DNA from: Veleropilina oligotropha | Taxonomy: Eukaryota | Reading direction: 5' to 3' | DNA: 64,000 nucleotides | Assembly: GCA_048128005.1 (NCBI GenBank) | Contig: JBEUKZ010000054.1 | Coordinates: 620,001-684,000, forward strand | Part shown: piece by piece, positions 1-10,718 of the stretch | Position numbering within the stretch: the stretch's first letter is position 1 | Layout of the letters: the number at the start of each line of letters is the position of its first letter | Program-made: the position numbers and the translations under genes | The notes under the pieces: generated by a model | What the model saw: only the letters and a program-made list of their open reading frames with translations | The model's database searches: none | Told to the model about the DNA's origin: nothing

Positions 1-189
1 GCCATTGCCCCATTGCGGCCAATCGTCACGATTTTGAATACCATTTGGACAATTACAACTTTGTAAATCTGGTTTGCATATAAATTGTCTTCAAACACAT
101 TATAGCATGGTAAATAATACATAAAACTGTTTAATTTTATCAGTATTTTAAATTATCACAGATTTATACATAAGACAGTTACAGCATAT

Positions 190-309
190 TTATGGGTTGT
201 CCTGAGGATTCATTTGTATCGCTGATTCGCTGATGCTTGCAACAGCAGAAAAATCCAGCGTGTGCTTCTTTAAGGCTCTTGCTGTTAGAAAGACAGCCTC
301 GGTCACTCC
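190..309 (-). CDS. CAMK4: CaMKIV-like terminal exon 12 (GVTEAVFLTARALKK...PQDNP-stop)
   Basis: ttgtag acceptor, phase 0; completes the CaM-binding helix (compare RRKLKAAVKAVVASSRL); TAA at 190-192. Confidence 0.75.
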   Translation of the reverse strand, partial: GVTEAVFLTARALKKHTLDFSAVASISESAIQMNPQDNP

Positions 310-375
310 CTACAATGTGAGAGGAAAATTAATATCAAATTTGACAATTCTTCATGCCAATAAATTACAATTTAA

Positions 376-699
376 AGAGACTATTGCCCGTAAATTCGCT
401 CTTTTTGTGACTGTGTAGCATGACTGATCACCCTCTATCATACGGTTCGCTCAGATTGGTACACATTTCGCGAAGATATGATCTATGTATGATCAAATGA
501 TAGACTTTTATTGAAATTATTATTGTAACTGGGCAATATATATTATTGTCAAGTTGAAAGCTACGCAACTGTGCTCCAACTATGTCAATTGGAAATGTGA
601 CTCGGTGCGAGGTAATTAAACGCGGACCGCATTTAATTATTTTTAAATCTTCATTAGAGATTTATTTAAAAGGTGGTAAATTTACGGGCAATAGTCTCT
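376..699. mobile_element. Non-autonomous DNA transposon (MITE), Kolobok-like
   Basis: TIR agagactattgcccgtaaat ... atttacgggcaatagtctct flanked by TTAA on both sides; relatives at 1922-1969 and 31922-32291. Confidence 0.7.
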
Positions 700-988
700 T
701 TAATTAATCCCTTTTGATTGGGTTCCGTATGTAATGAAACGGCACAGAATAAACTTCTAGTAAACCCACAATTTCTAGTGAAAAGACATCCATGTAGTTC
801 ATGAGTTAATTTTGCAGATAAAATTGAGAAGGAATACTGATGTCAAAATACTCAAAGTGATACACATATTTAGGACCAATAATGAACCCAAGTGCTGTGG
901 TGCTGAAGAGAAGAAAATACATCATTAAAAGAACCTGTTTTAAATGAGTTGGCAAAAGTGAAATGAATCTCAGCTAATTCTTTGTTGT

Positions 989-1846
989 AAAATAGATTGT
1001 TCATGGTCCTAAAGGATGATATTGTAGGTATTTTTTACTTACTTTTAGAACTTTTTTTTTAAACTGAAATTTCCGACGTTTCGGAAATTATCGAATGGCC
1101 TTGGTCACGTGATGTTCGCTCTTGCGTAAACTCCAGAGGACCAACAAGAAGAGCTAAACCATGTAGCAGGGGCACTGACATCCAATGGTTACACCCCTTG
1201 GTATATGAACATACCAAAGCAAAAACAGAAACCAAAACAGCCACACCAGGAACACACAACTCGAGCCCCGGTAATAGGTTTACCGTATGTCAAAGGATTG
1301 TCTGAACATCTCGCACGTATCTTCAAATCACATGGCATCACCACCTACCACAAGCCAACCAACACCCTAAGATCTCATCTAGTACATCCAAAAGACAAGA
1401 CCTCCAAGGAAAACCAGTGTGGCGTCATATATAACATCACATGTGACCAGGATACGAGCCACACATACGTAGGAGAGACTAAACGCACTCTGGCCACCAG
1501 GTTTAAAGAACACCAAAACCTGGACAAACCCACAGCAGTTGGGGATCACTGCAATGATACGGGTCACTCTGTGTCGATTGGTAACACCAGGGTTCTGGCA
1601 AGGGAGGAAAACTGGCTCAAACGAAAAATCAAAGAGTCTATCCATATCATCTGCCGCACGCCATATATGAACAGAGACCAGGGATACCAGCTGCCCGCCA
1701 TCTACCGCCAGGTGCTCAACACGATTCCTGAGCAGCAGTTACACAAGAGCGAACATCACGTGACAAAGGCCATTCGATAATGGCCGAAACGTCGGAAATT
1801 TCAGTTTAAAAAAAAGTTCTATAAGTAAGTAAAAAATACCTACAAT
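989..1846 (+). mobile_element. 5'-truncated Penelope-like retroelement with an inverted copy of its terminal repeat
   Basis: GIY-YIG ORF; ~110 bp inverted repeats at 1021-1132 and 1737-1846; direct repeat aattctttgttgt at 976-988 and 1847-1859 (likely TSD). Confidence 0.85.
1205..1780 (+). pseudogene. C-terminal part of a Penelope-like polyprotein (linker plus GIY-YIG endonuclease); RT missing
   Basis: LPYVKGLSE, GVIYNITC...YVGETKR.L..RF.EH, KIKESIHI and NRDQG motifs. Confidence 0.85.
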
Positions 1847-1921
1847 AATTCTTTGTTGTTTTAAGAATTTCTGTATGGGAAATAGTAATTTATATAACTA
1901 GTGCTGAATATTGTTATTTAA

Positions 1922-1969
1922 ACAGACTATTGCCCGTAAATTCACGGGCATTTACGGGCAATAGTCTCT
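1922..1969. mobile_element. Minimal, TIR-only derivative of the Kolobok-like MITE
   Basis: Two TIRs almost abutting, flanked by TTAA. Confidence 0.6.
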
Positions 1970-2239
1970 TTAATAGTTTATTGAAGTTCAGTTGTGTTGC
2001 AGGTTAGGCATTGGAAAGGCTGTCAGTATGCGGTGAAGTGTTTGACAATTATAGGCATTTACAATTTCTTGCTAAAAATGAGACAATGCTCTAAAAAAAC
2101 TTTAAAATTTTGCTGTTGAACTTTCTTCGCTACTATTAATATTGAAAGGTACCATATTGCCAATGCAAAATTTGAATTTAAGTTAATTACGTTAAATTTG
2201 CTCTCCCAAAAACACATTTGCTCATTTGCTATTAAATAT

Positions 2240-5200
2240 AAAACAGCCCCACCATATATAGCTAGCTTGCCTGTTTATAAAACAGCCCCACTATATACAG
2301 CTAGCTTGCCTGTTTATAAACAGCCCCACTATATACAGCTAGCTTGCCTGTTTATAAAACAGCCCCACTATATATAGCTAGCTTGCCTGTTTATAAAACA
2401 GCCCCACTATATACAGCTAGCTTGCCTGTTTATAAACAGCCCCACTATATACAGCTAGCTTGCCTGTTTATAAACAGCCCCACTATATACAGCTAGCTTG
2501 CCTGTTTATAAAACAGCCCCACTATATATAGCTAGCTTGCCTGTTTATAAAACAGCCCCACTATATACAGCTAGCTTGCCTGTTTATAAAACAGCCCCAC
2601 TATATATAGCTAGCTTGCCTGTTTATAAAACAACCCCACTATATACAGCTAGCTTGCCTGTTTGTAAAACAGCCCCACTATATACAGCTCGATTGCCTGT
2701 TTATAAACAGCCCCACTATATACAGCTAGCTTGCCTGTTTATAAACAGCCCCACTATATACAGCTAGCTTGCCTGTTTATAAAACAGCCGCACTATATAC
2801 AGCTAGCTTGCCTGTTTATAAACAGCCACACTGTATACAGCTAGCTTGCCTGTTTATAAACAGCCCCACTATATACGGCTAGCTTGCCTGTTTACAAAAC
2901 AGCCCCACTACATACAACTAGCTTGCCTATTTATAAACAGCCCCACTATATACAGCTAGCTTGCCTGTTTTTAAACAGCCCCACTATATACAGCTAGCTT
3001 GCCTGTTTATAAATAGCCACACTGTATACAGCTAGCTTGTCTGTTTATAAACAGCCCCACTATATATAGCTAGCTTGCCTGTTTATAAACAGCCCCACTA
3101 TATACAGCTAGCTTGCCTGTTTATAAACAGCCCCACTATATATAGCTAGCTTGCCTGTTTATAAACAGCCCCACTATATACAGCTAGCTTGCCTGTTTAT
3201 AAACAGCCCCACTATAAATAGCTAGCTTGCCTGTTTATAAACAGCCCCACTATATACAGCTAGCTTGCCTATTTACAAAACAGCCCCACTATATATATAG
3301 CTAGCTTGCCTGTTTATAAAACAGCCGCACTATATATAGCTAGCTTGCCTGTTTATAAAACAGCCCCACTATATACAGCTAGCTTGCCTGTTTATAAAAC
3401 AGCCCCACTATATATAGCTAGCTTGCCTGTTTATAAAACAGCCCCACTATATACAGCTAGCTTGCCTGTTTGTAAAACAGCCCCACTATATACAGCTCGC
3501 TTGCCTGTTTATAAAACATCCCCACTATATACAGCTAGCTTTCCTGTTTGTAAAACAGCCCCACTATATACAGCTAGCTTGCCAGTGTGTAAAACATCCC
3601 CACTATATAAAGCTAGCTTGCCTGTTTATAAAACAGCCCCACTATATACAGCTAGCTTGCCTGTTTACAAAATAGCCCCACTATATACAGCTAGCTTGCC
3701 TGTTTATAAAACAGCCCCACTATATATAGCTAGCTTGCCTGTTTATAAAACAGCCCCACTATATATAGCTAGCTTGCCTGTTTATAAAACAGTCCAACTA
3801 TATACAGCTAGCTTGCCTGTTTATAAAACAGCCCCACTATATACAGCTAACTTGCCTGTTTATAAAACAGCCCCACTATATACAACTAGCTTGCCTGTTT
3901 ATAAAACAGCCCCACTATATACAGCTAGCTTGCCTGTTTATAAAACAGCCCCACTGTATACAGCTAGCTTGCCTGTTTATAAAACTGCCCCACTGTATAC
4001 AGCTAGCTTGCCTGTTTATAAAACAGCCCCACTGTACATAGCTAGCTTGCCTGTTTATAGAACAGACCCACTATATACGGCTAGCTTGCCTGTTTATAAA
4101 ACAGCCCCACTATATATAGGTAGCTTGCCTGTTTATAAAACAGCGCCACTATATACAGCTAGCTTGCCTGTTTATAAAACAGCCCCACCATATATAGCTA
4201 GCTTGCCTGTTTATAAAACAGCCCCACTATATACAGCTAGCTTGCCTGTTTATAAACAGCCCCACTATATACAGCTAGCTTGCCTGTTTATAAAGCAGCC
4301 CACTATATATAGCTAGCTTGCCTGTTTATAAAACAGCCCCACTATATACAGCTAGCTTGCCTGTTTATAAACAGCCCCACTATATACAGCTAGCTTGCCT
4401 GTTTATAAACAGCCCCACTATATACAGCTAGCTTGCCTGTTTATAAAACAGCCGCACTATATATAGCTAGCTTGCCTGTTTATAAAACAGCCCCACTATA
4501 TACAGCTAGCTTGCCTGTTTATAAAACAGCCCCACTATATATAGCTAGCTTGCCTGTTTATAAAACAACCCCACTATATACAGCTAGCTTGCCTGATTGT
4601 AAAACAGCCCCACTATATACAGCTCGATTGCCTGTTTATAAACAGCCCCACTATATACAGCTAGCTTGCCTGTTTATAAACAGCCCCACTATATACAGCT
4701 AGCTTGCCTGTTTATAAAACAGCCGCACTATATACAGCTAGCTTGCCTGTTTATAAACAGCCACACTGTATACAGCTAGCTTGCCTGTTTATAAACAGCC
4801 CCACTATATACGGCTAGCTTGCCTGTTTACAAAACAGCCCCACTACATACAACTAGCTTGCCTATTTATAAACAGCCCCACTATATACAGCTAGCTTGCC
4901 TGTTTTTAAACAGCCCCACTATATACAGCTAGCTTGCCTGTTTATAAATAGCCACACTGTATACAGCTAGCTTGTCTGTTTATAAACAGCCCCACTATAT
5001 ATAGCTAGCTTGCCTGTTTATAAACAGCCCCACTATATACAGCTAGCTTGCCTGTTTATAAACAGCCCCACTATATATAGCTAGCTTGCCTGTTTATAAA
5101 CAGCCCCACTATATACAGCTAGCTTGCCTGTTTATAAACAGCCCCACTATAAATAGCTAGCTTGCCTGTTTATAAACAGCCCCACTATATACAGCTAGCT

Positions 5201-6424
5201 TGCCTATTTACAAAACAGCCCCACTATATATATAGCTAGCTTGCCTGTTTATAAAACAGCCGCACTATATATAGCTAGCTTGCCTGTTTATAAAACAGCC
5301 CCACTATATACAGCTAGCTTGCCTGTTTATAAAACAGCCCCACTATATATAGCTAGCTTGCCTGTTTATAAAACAGCCCCACTATATACAGCTAGCTTGC
5401 CTGTTTGTAAAACAGCCCCACATATACAGCTCGCTTGCCTGTTTATAAAACATCCCCACTATATACAGCTAGCTTTCCTGTTTGTAAAACAGCCCCACTA
5501 TATACAGCTAGCTTGCCAGTGTGTAAAACATCCCCACTATATAAAGCTAGCTTGCCTGTTTATAAAATAGCCCCACTATATACAGCTAGCTTGCCTGTTT
5601 ATAAAACAGCCCCACTATATATAGCTAGCTTGCCTGTTTATAAAACAGCCCCACTATATATAGCTAGCTTGCCTGTTTATAAAACAGTCCAACTATATAC
5701 AGCTAGCTTGCCTGTTTATAAAACAGCCCCACTATATACAGCTAACTTGCCTGTTTATAAAACAGCCCCACTATATACAACTAGCTTGCCTGTTTATAAA
5801 ACAGCCCCACTATATACAGCTAGCTTGCCTGTTTATAAAACAGCCCCACTGTATACAGCTAGCTTGCCTGTTTATAAAACTGCCCCACTGTATACAGCTA
5901 GCTTGCCTGTTTATAAAACAGCCCCACTGTACATAGCTAGCTTGCCTGTTTATAGAACAGACCCACTATATACGGCTAGCTTGCCTGTTTATAAAACAGC
6001 CCCACTATATATAGGTAGCTTGCCTGTTTATAAAACAGCCCCACTATATACAGCTAGCTTGCCTGTTTATAAAACAGCCCCACTATATACAACTAGCTTG
6101 CCTGTTTATAAAACAGCCCCACTATATACAGCTAGCTTGCCTGTTTATAAAACAGCCCCACTATATACGGCTAGCTTGCCTGTTTATAAAACAACCCCAC
6201 TATATACAGCTAGCTTGCCTGTTTATAAAACAGCCCCACTATATACCGCTAGCTTGCCTGTTTATAAAACAGCCCCACTATATACAGCTAGCTTGCCTGT
6301 TTATAAAACAGCCCCACTATATACGGCTAACTTGCCTGTTTATAAAACAGCCCCACTATATATAGCTAGCTTGCCTGTTTATAAAACAGCCCCACTATAT
6401 ACAACTAGCTTGCCTGTTTATAAA
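2240..6424. repeat. 38/39-bp satellite, block 1 (aaaacagccccactatatacagctagcttgcctgtttat)
   Basis: Head-to-tail array; contains a 1935-bp higher-order duplication. Confidence 0.98.
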
Positions 6425-6727
6425 AAGAGGTTTTTAAGTAAACCTAGTATTAGTTAGAATATACTTACGTCATTACCTATGCCATAAAGCCCTATTATCG
6501 CTAAACCGGAAACTGTGAAAAAGCGTTTCACTTTCATTTAAACTTACACGCTTACCCCCCCTGCTCACCTCTCTCGCGTTCCTCCCACGAGATCTGCCCA
6601 AGTCTCGCGAGACCTCAGAGACCAAGACAGATCTGGTATCCTTTTTAAGTCAGAGGAATCTGCAGTGCGTAGAGGAACTTAGCAAGAGGGGTTGGATGCG
6701 AATACCATGAGCAGGGCGGGTAGACGT

Positions 6728-6816
6728 GTAATGACGTAAGTATATTCTAACTAATACTAGGTTTACTTAAAAACCTCTTATTAGTAGCAATATACTTTAC
6801 GTCATTACCTATGCCA
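6728..6816. other. DIRS internal complementary region (ICR)
   Basis: 6728-6779 is the reverse complement of the left terminus and 6780-6816 of the right terminus, reconstituting the circle junction. Confidence 0.92.
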
Positions 6817-7623
6817 GAATAACTTTGGACGGTGGGCTAAGTTCTAACGAAATTAATACCCAAACAAGTTACTTACTTGTCACCATGGAGACAGCTAGTA
6901 TCGCCGACTCGCGTCCGCTCAGGATGGAATTACTGAGTATTACAATTCTACCCTTACCCCGACAGAATTTTGACCAATGAACCTGGGAAAAAACGCCAGA
7001 GGTGTTAGTCGGACAAGGTGACGCGAAAGTGCAATCAGCCCCAGGCAAGGCCGGAGGATAAATCCTGTAGGACTTAGATGTCATGGACCGAAGCAGCTTT
7101 TAGTAAATCCTGGGCGTCGAGGCCGGTAACCAAAAGATGCAGTCAACTTGCGACAAACATACAGTACCTGAAAAGGTTGTGAATGTAACCAGTTATGCAA
7201 TTATTAATAGATATAAGTAATATATACACGTACATATTATATTCCATATTAATAATAAATTCGCTTGACCAAATAGCGAAAGGCAAACATGTCCCCATGT
7301 TACTTAAAGAATATTTAAAGATTGAATGATATTAAATTTTTCAATGTCGCAACACCGTAAGCTCATAACAGCAAATGAACTTCAATAATATCAAAATCTA
7401 AAAAAACCCTTTTAAGATTTAGCATTATAAATGTCTACTTTCAATGTGAGTGGCATGTGTCATGTGAACTCAGATCTGACAATTTAGTCTCAGTCCATAA
7501 ATAGCAATATTGGACTGCAGACAACACAATGAAAACAACACTAATTGTTAGCAAGCTACACAATAGAGTTGCACATAAATGCGGAGTGACTGTATAATTA
7601 CAATTAATTGTTTACAATACCTG

Positions 7624-10560
7624 TCACCGTGTATTTAACCTAGATGTCCTGGTAATGCAGTGTTGCGCCGCAACACATTGTACACTGGACAAACCGTCCG
7701 CACCAGTCGAGAAATCGCGTAAATAATGTTTTACAAACACGTTCGGGTTTCTCCAATACCCTGCTTGTAGCAGGGAGGTAATATTTAGACAATGTCTAAA
7801 TGCCAGGCTCGTTGATATCGCTCTTGTTTCATGGGCACGGACCGCAATAAGGTTGCGGTCAGCTTCGTTGGAATTAGAGTATATCTGCTGAACCGTCCGA
7901 CAAATCCATCTCGAGATAGTATTCTTCGATACATCGCGGGTGAAATTGGGCAAATACGAAATAAACAAGCGTTTTTTGCCACGACGGAAGTCACGTGTTC
8001 GGTCCAGATAATAGCGAAGCGCGCGCACCGGGCAGTTGAGTCGATCGATATCGTTTCTACCGACAATAGAAAGCGTAGGAATAACGACCTCCAGAGCAAT
8101 ATCGCCTGGCCGCTGGTTTTTAGCAATAAATCCTAATATAGGACGTAAAATGACCGATCCGTCAGACTGGAATCTAATATCACGGAGCTCTGCTGAGAAG
8201 CTGTGTATCTCAGAAACCCTTTTGCCCGACGCAAACGCAATTAGAAATACGGTTTTGTAAGTAAGGTTACGTAAGGAAGCATTACGTAACGGCTCAAACG
8301 GGCTTTCTAGCAGAGCATTAAGTATAAGGATAATATTCCATGCTGGCGGCCGCGCCAGAGAAATCGGTCTTTCGAGTTCGTAGGACCTGATTAAATCAGA
8401 AATAGTACGGTCTGACGATAAGTCAATTCGGGAACGACATTGCTTGAGTGTAGTCGAGATAGAGGCCCGATAACCTTTGACGGCCGAGACAGAAAGTCCT
8501 CGTTCGAATAACGACGTAATGAACTGGATAAATTTGTTCACAGGGGGACGGAGTATATTAACTTCCCGCCTGTGACACCAATCCACATATTTGACCCATC
8601 GGTAGTCATAGACTTTAGATGTAGATTGTCTTCGCGATCGGTAAATGCGGAGGGCTGTAGCGCGAGAAAATCCTTTCTCAACAAGCGATCGTTCGATAAC
8701 CGCCATGCGTGTAAACGAAGTTCGTTCGACGACGGGTGTAACACCCGTGAGCGTGGTTGCATTAGCAGGTCCGGCCTTTGCGGTAACGCAAGCGGTCGAT
8801 CGACGATTAGATCGAGAAGAGTCGGAAACCAAGACTGCGTGCGATTTAGGGGCGCTATTAGCGTTATCTCGCAGCGGTCTCGCGCTGCCTTCTGTAGTAC
8901 AAGTCGTAATATGGACGACGGGGGGAAGGCGTACGCGATCAGATTCTCCCATGTCATTGACAACGCGTCGACCGCAAGGGCGGCCGGGTCCGGGTACGGG
9001 GAGACATACAGAGGGAGTCGGTGATTGAACTCTGTTGCAAACAGATCGACTTGGGGTTGAGACCACCGGCGACAAACCTCCCGAGCTACACGGCTGTGTA
9101 GCGTCCACTCTGTGTGTATAATCTGCGATTTCCGAGAGAGCGAGTCCGCTCGGACGTTCAATATTCCCGGGATGTGTCGTGCTCGTATCGTCGAGTTGAG
9201 GGACATCACTAAGCGGTGTAGGTCGATTGCTCGGTCGCATAGGGGACGCGAGCGAGTGCCGCCCTGGTGTTGAACGTATGCGACGACAGTCGTGTTGTCC
9301 GTGGCGAGCAGTATGTGCTTGTTGCGGAGATGTGACGAGAAGGACCGTACTGTCAGGTAGACCGCTTCTAGTTCTAGATAGTTTATGTGTCGTCCCTGCA
9401 GGTCCGTCGGCCAAAGGCCCGATGTCTCGTAACTGTCGAGGTGACCTCCCCAGCCCTCGTTCGAAGCGTCCGTGTATAGGAAGGCGTTCGGTTCTGGCGG
9501 GGAAATGGGAACCGACTGGCTCGGCAATGCAGGGTTCAGCCACACTGCTGTCGAGTGATTGAACCAATGCCGAAGATCTATACGATCCGTCCACTGTCCC
9601 GTCCGTTGCACCCAGCGGTCCCTGAAGGCCTGCTGTAACGGTCGTTTGTCCATTCGTCCTGTCGGTAGCAGGGGCGCTACCGACTCGATGTGCCCCAGGA
9701 CAGTGGCCAGTTGTCGCGCCGTGGCTATCCCCGATGACCTTGTGTCCTGGATAACTGCGCGTAGGTTCACGATACGTTTCTCGGTCGGCTTCGCGGTGTA
9801 CCGGACCGTGTCGAAGACGACTCCGAGGAACGTAAACGTCGTCGAGGGCACGAAGCAGGATTTCTCGTTGTTGATCTGTAATCCTAGGCGCTTCGCCGAT
9901 GACAGGGTAACGCTCATAGACTGGAGGCACTGATCCCGGGACGCCCCGAGAATCAACCAGTCGTCGAGATACATGTGTACTCTGTGCCCTAGCGAGTGTA
10001 GGAAGGCCCCGAGGGCCTGTACTACCCGCGTGAAGACGTAGGGGGCTGACGATAGACCGAACGGTAGGCACCTGAATTGGTAGATCGTCTCCCCGTGTAT
10101 AAACCTGAGGTACTGATGAGCCGAGGCATGCATCGGAACGTGTAAGTACGCATCTGTCAGGTCGATAGACGCTGCCCAGTCGCCCGGACGGATGGCCGCT
10201 CGTATCTTCGAGAGTGTTTCTTGCTGGAACTTCTCGGTACGCAAATAGCGGTTGAGGTGCGAGAGATCGAGGATCGGTCTCCAGCGGCCATCGGGTTTCG
10301 GGACCAGGAAGAAATGGCTGTAAAATCCTGGTGTGCTGGGCGGCGCGGGATAGATGGCTCCTTTTAGGAGTAAGTCCCGCACTGCCTGGTCTAAGACCGC
10401 TTGCTTCTCTCCTTGAAGGAGGCGAGCGTGTCTTGGTGGTGGTGTCACGGATAGGGTTGGATGCCGGTTGAAACTCAACTTGTATCCAGCACTCACGACT
10501 GAGTGGACCCAGCTGCTGTCTGTTAACTCTAGCCACGTCTGGCTGTAGCCTAACAGGCAC
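7624..10560 (-). CDS. DIRS tyrosine recombinase ORF (YR domain in the last ~360 aa, about 7624-8707)
   Basis: Catalytic R (SGKRVSEI), K (IAKNQ), HxxR (AHETR), W (GYW) and Y (KHYL) present; CPVRAL motif. Confidence 0.92.
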   Translation of the reverse strand: MPVRLQPDVARVNRQQLGPLSRECWIQVEFQPASNPIRDTTTKTRSPPSRREASGLRPGSAGLTPKRSHLSRAAQHTRILQPFLPGPETRWPLETDPRSLAPQPLFAYREVPARNTLEDTSGHPSGRLGSVYRPDRCVLTRSDACLGSSVPQVYTRGDDLPIQVPTVRSIVSPLRLHAGSTGPRGLPTLARAQSTHVSRRLVDSRGVPGSVPPVYERYPVIGEAPRITDQQREILLRALDDVYVPRSRLRHGPVHREADRETYREPTRSYPGHKVIGDSHGATTGHCPGAHRVGSAPATDRTNGQTTVTAGLQGPLGATDGTVDGSYRSSALVQSLDSSVAEPCIAEPVGSHFPARTERLPIHGRFERGLGRSPRQLRDIGPLADGPAGTTHKLSRTRSGLPDSTVLLVTSPQQAHTARHGQHDCRRIRSTPGRHSLASPMRPSNRPTPLSDVPQLDDTSTTHPGNIERPSGLALSEIADYTHRVDATQPCSSGGLSPVVSTPSRSVCNRVQSPTPSVCLPVPGPGRPCGRRVVNDMGESDRVRLPPVVHITTCTTEGSARPLRDNANSAPKSHAVLVSDSSRSNRRSTACVTAKAGPANATTLTGVTPVVERTSFTRMAVIERSLVEKGFSRATALRIYRSRRQSTSKVYDYRWVKYVDWCHRREVNILRPPVNKFIQFITSLFERGLSVSAVKGYRASISTTLKQCRSRIDLSSDRTISDLIRSYELERPISLARPPAWNIILILNALLESPFEPLRNASLRNLTYKTVFLIAFASGKRVSEIHSFSAELRDIRFQSDGSVILRPILGFIAKNQRPGDIALEVVIPTLSIVGRNDIDRLNCPVRALRYYLDRTRDFRRGKKRLFISYLPNFTRDVSKNTISRWICRTVQQIYSNSNEADRNLIAVRAHETRAISTSLAFRHCLNITSLLQAGYWRNPNVFVKHYLRDFSTGADGLSSVQCVAAQHCITRTSRLNTR

Positions 10561-10718
10561 GCTCCCACCGGCGGGAGCGCGCAGCTGAGCACGTCGCGAG
10601 TGCCGGCAACCCTAGGGCCGTGACGGCTTCCCTCTCCCGCTCTGACGGGATTTAGTTGGAGGGCCTTTTTTCTCGCTGGATTTCCGGGCCGGAGGCCCAC
10701 CCCGAGAAGGTCTGGCAC
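8538..10718 (-). CDS. DIRS reverse transcriptase / RNase H / adenine-methyltransferase-like ORF
   Basis: FLVPK..G.WRPILDL, DLTDAYLH, LPFGL, YLDD; TDAS...LELEA...TDN RNase H; DLFA...YAFPP MT domain. Start codon uncertain. Confidence 0.95.
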   Translation of the reverse strand: MPDLLGVGLRPGNPARKKALQLNPVRAGEGSRHGPRVAGTRDVLSCALPPVGACLLGYSQTWLELTDSSWVHSVVSAGYKLSFNRHPTLSVTPPPRHARLLQGEKQAVLDQAVRDLLLKGAIYPAPPSTPGFYSHFFLVPKPDGRWRPILDLSHLNRYLRTEKFQQETLSKIRAAIRPGDWAASIDLTDAYLHVPMHASAHQYLRFIHGETIYQFRCLPFGLSSAPYVFTRVVQALGAFLHSLGHRVHMYLDDWLILGASRDQCLQSMSVTLSSAKRLGLQINNEKSCFVPSTTFTFLGVVFDTVRYTAKPTEKRIVNLRAVIQDTRSSGIATARQLATVLGHIESVAPLLPTGRMDKRPLQQAFRDRWVQRTGQWTDRIDLRHWFNHSTAVWLNPALPSQSVPISPPEPNAFLYTDASNEGWGGHLDSYETSGLWPTDLQGRHINYLELEAVYLTVRSFSSHLRNKHILLATDNTTVVAYVQHQGGTRSRPLCDRAIDLHRLVMSLNSTIRARHIPGILNVRADSLSRKSQIIHTEWTLHSRVAREVCRRWSQPQVDLFATEFNHRLPLYVSPYPDPAALAVDALSMTWENLIAYAFPPSSILRLVLQKAARDRCEITLIAPLNRTQSWFPTLLDLIVDRPLALPQRPDLLMQPRSRVLHPSSNELRLHAWRLSNDRLLRKDFLALQPSAFTDREDNLHLKSMTTDGSNMWIGVTGGKLIYSVPL

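Noticed and set aside
233..418. 61-aa plus-strand ORF
   Set aside because: Antisense to kinase exon 12 and runs into a MITE.
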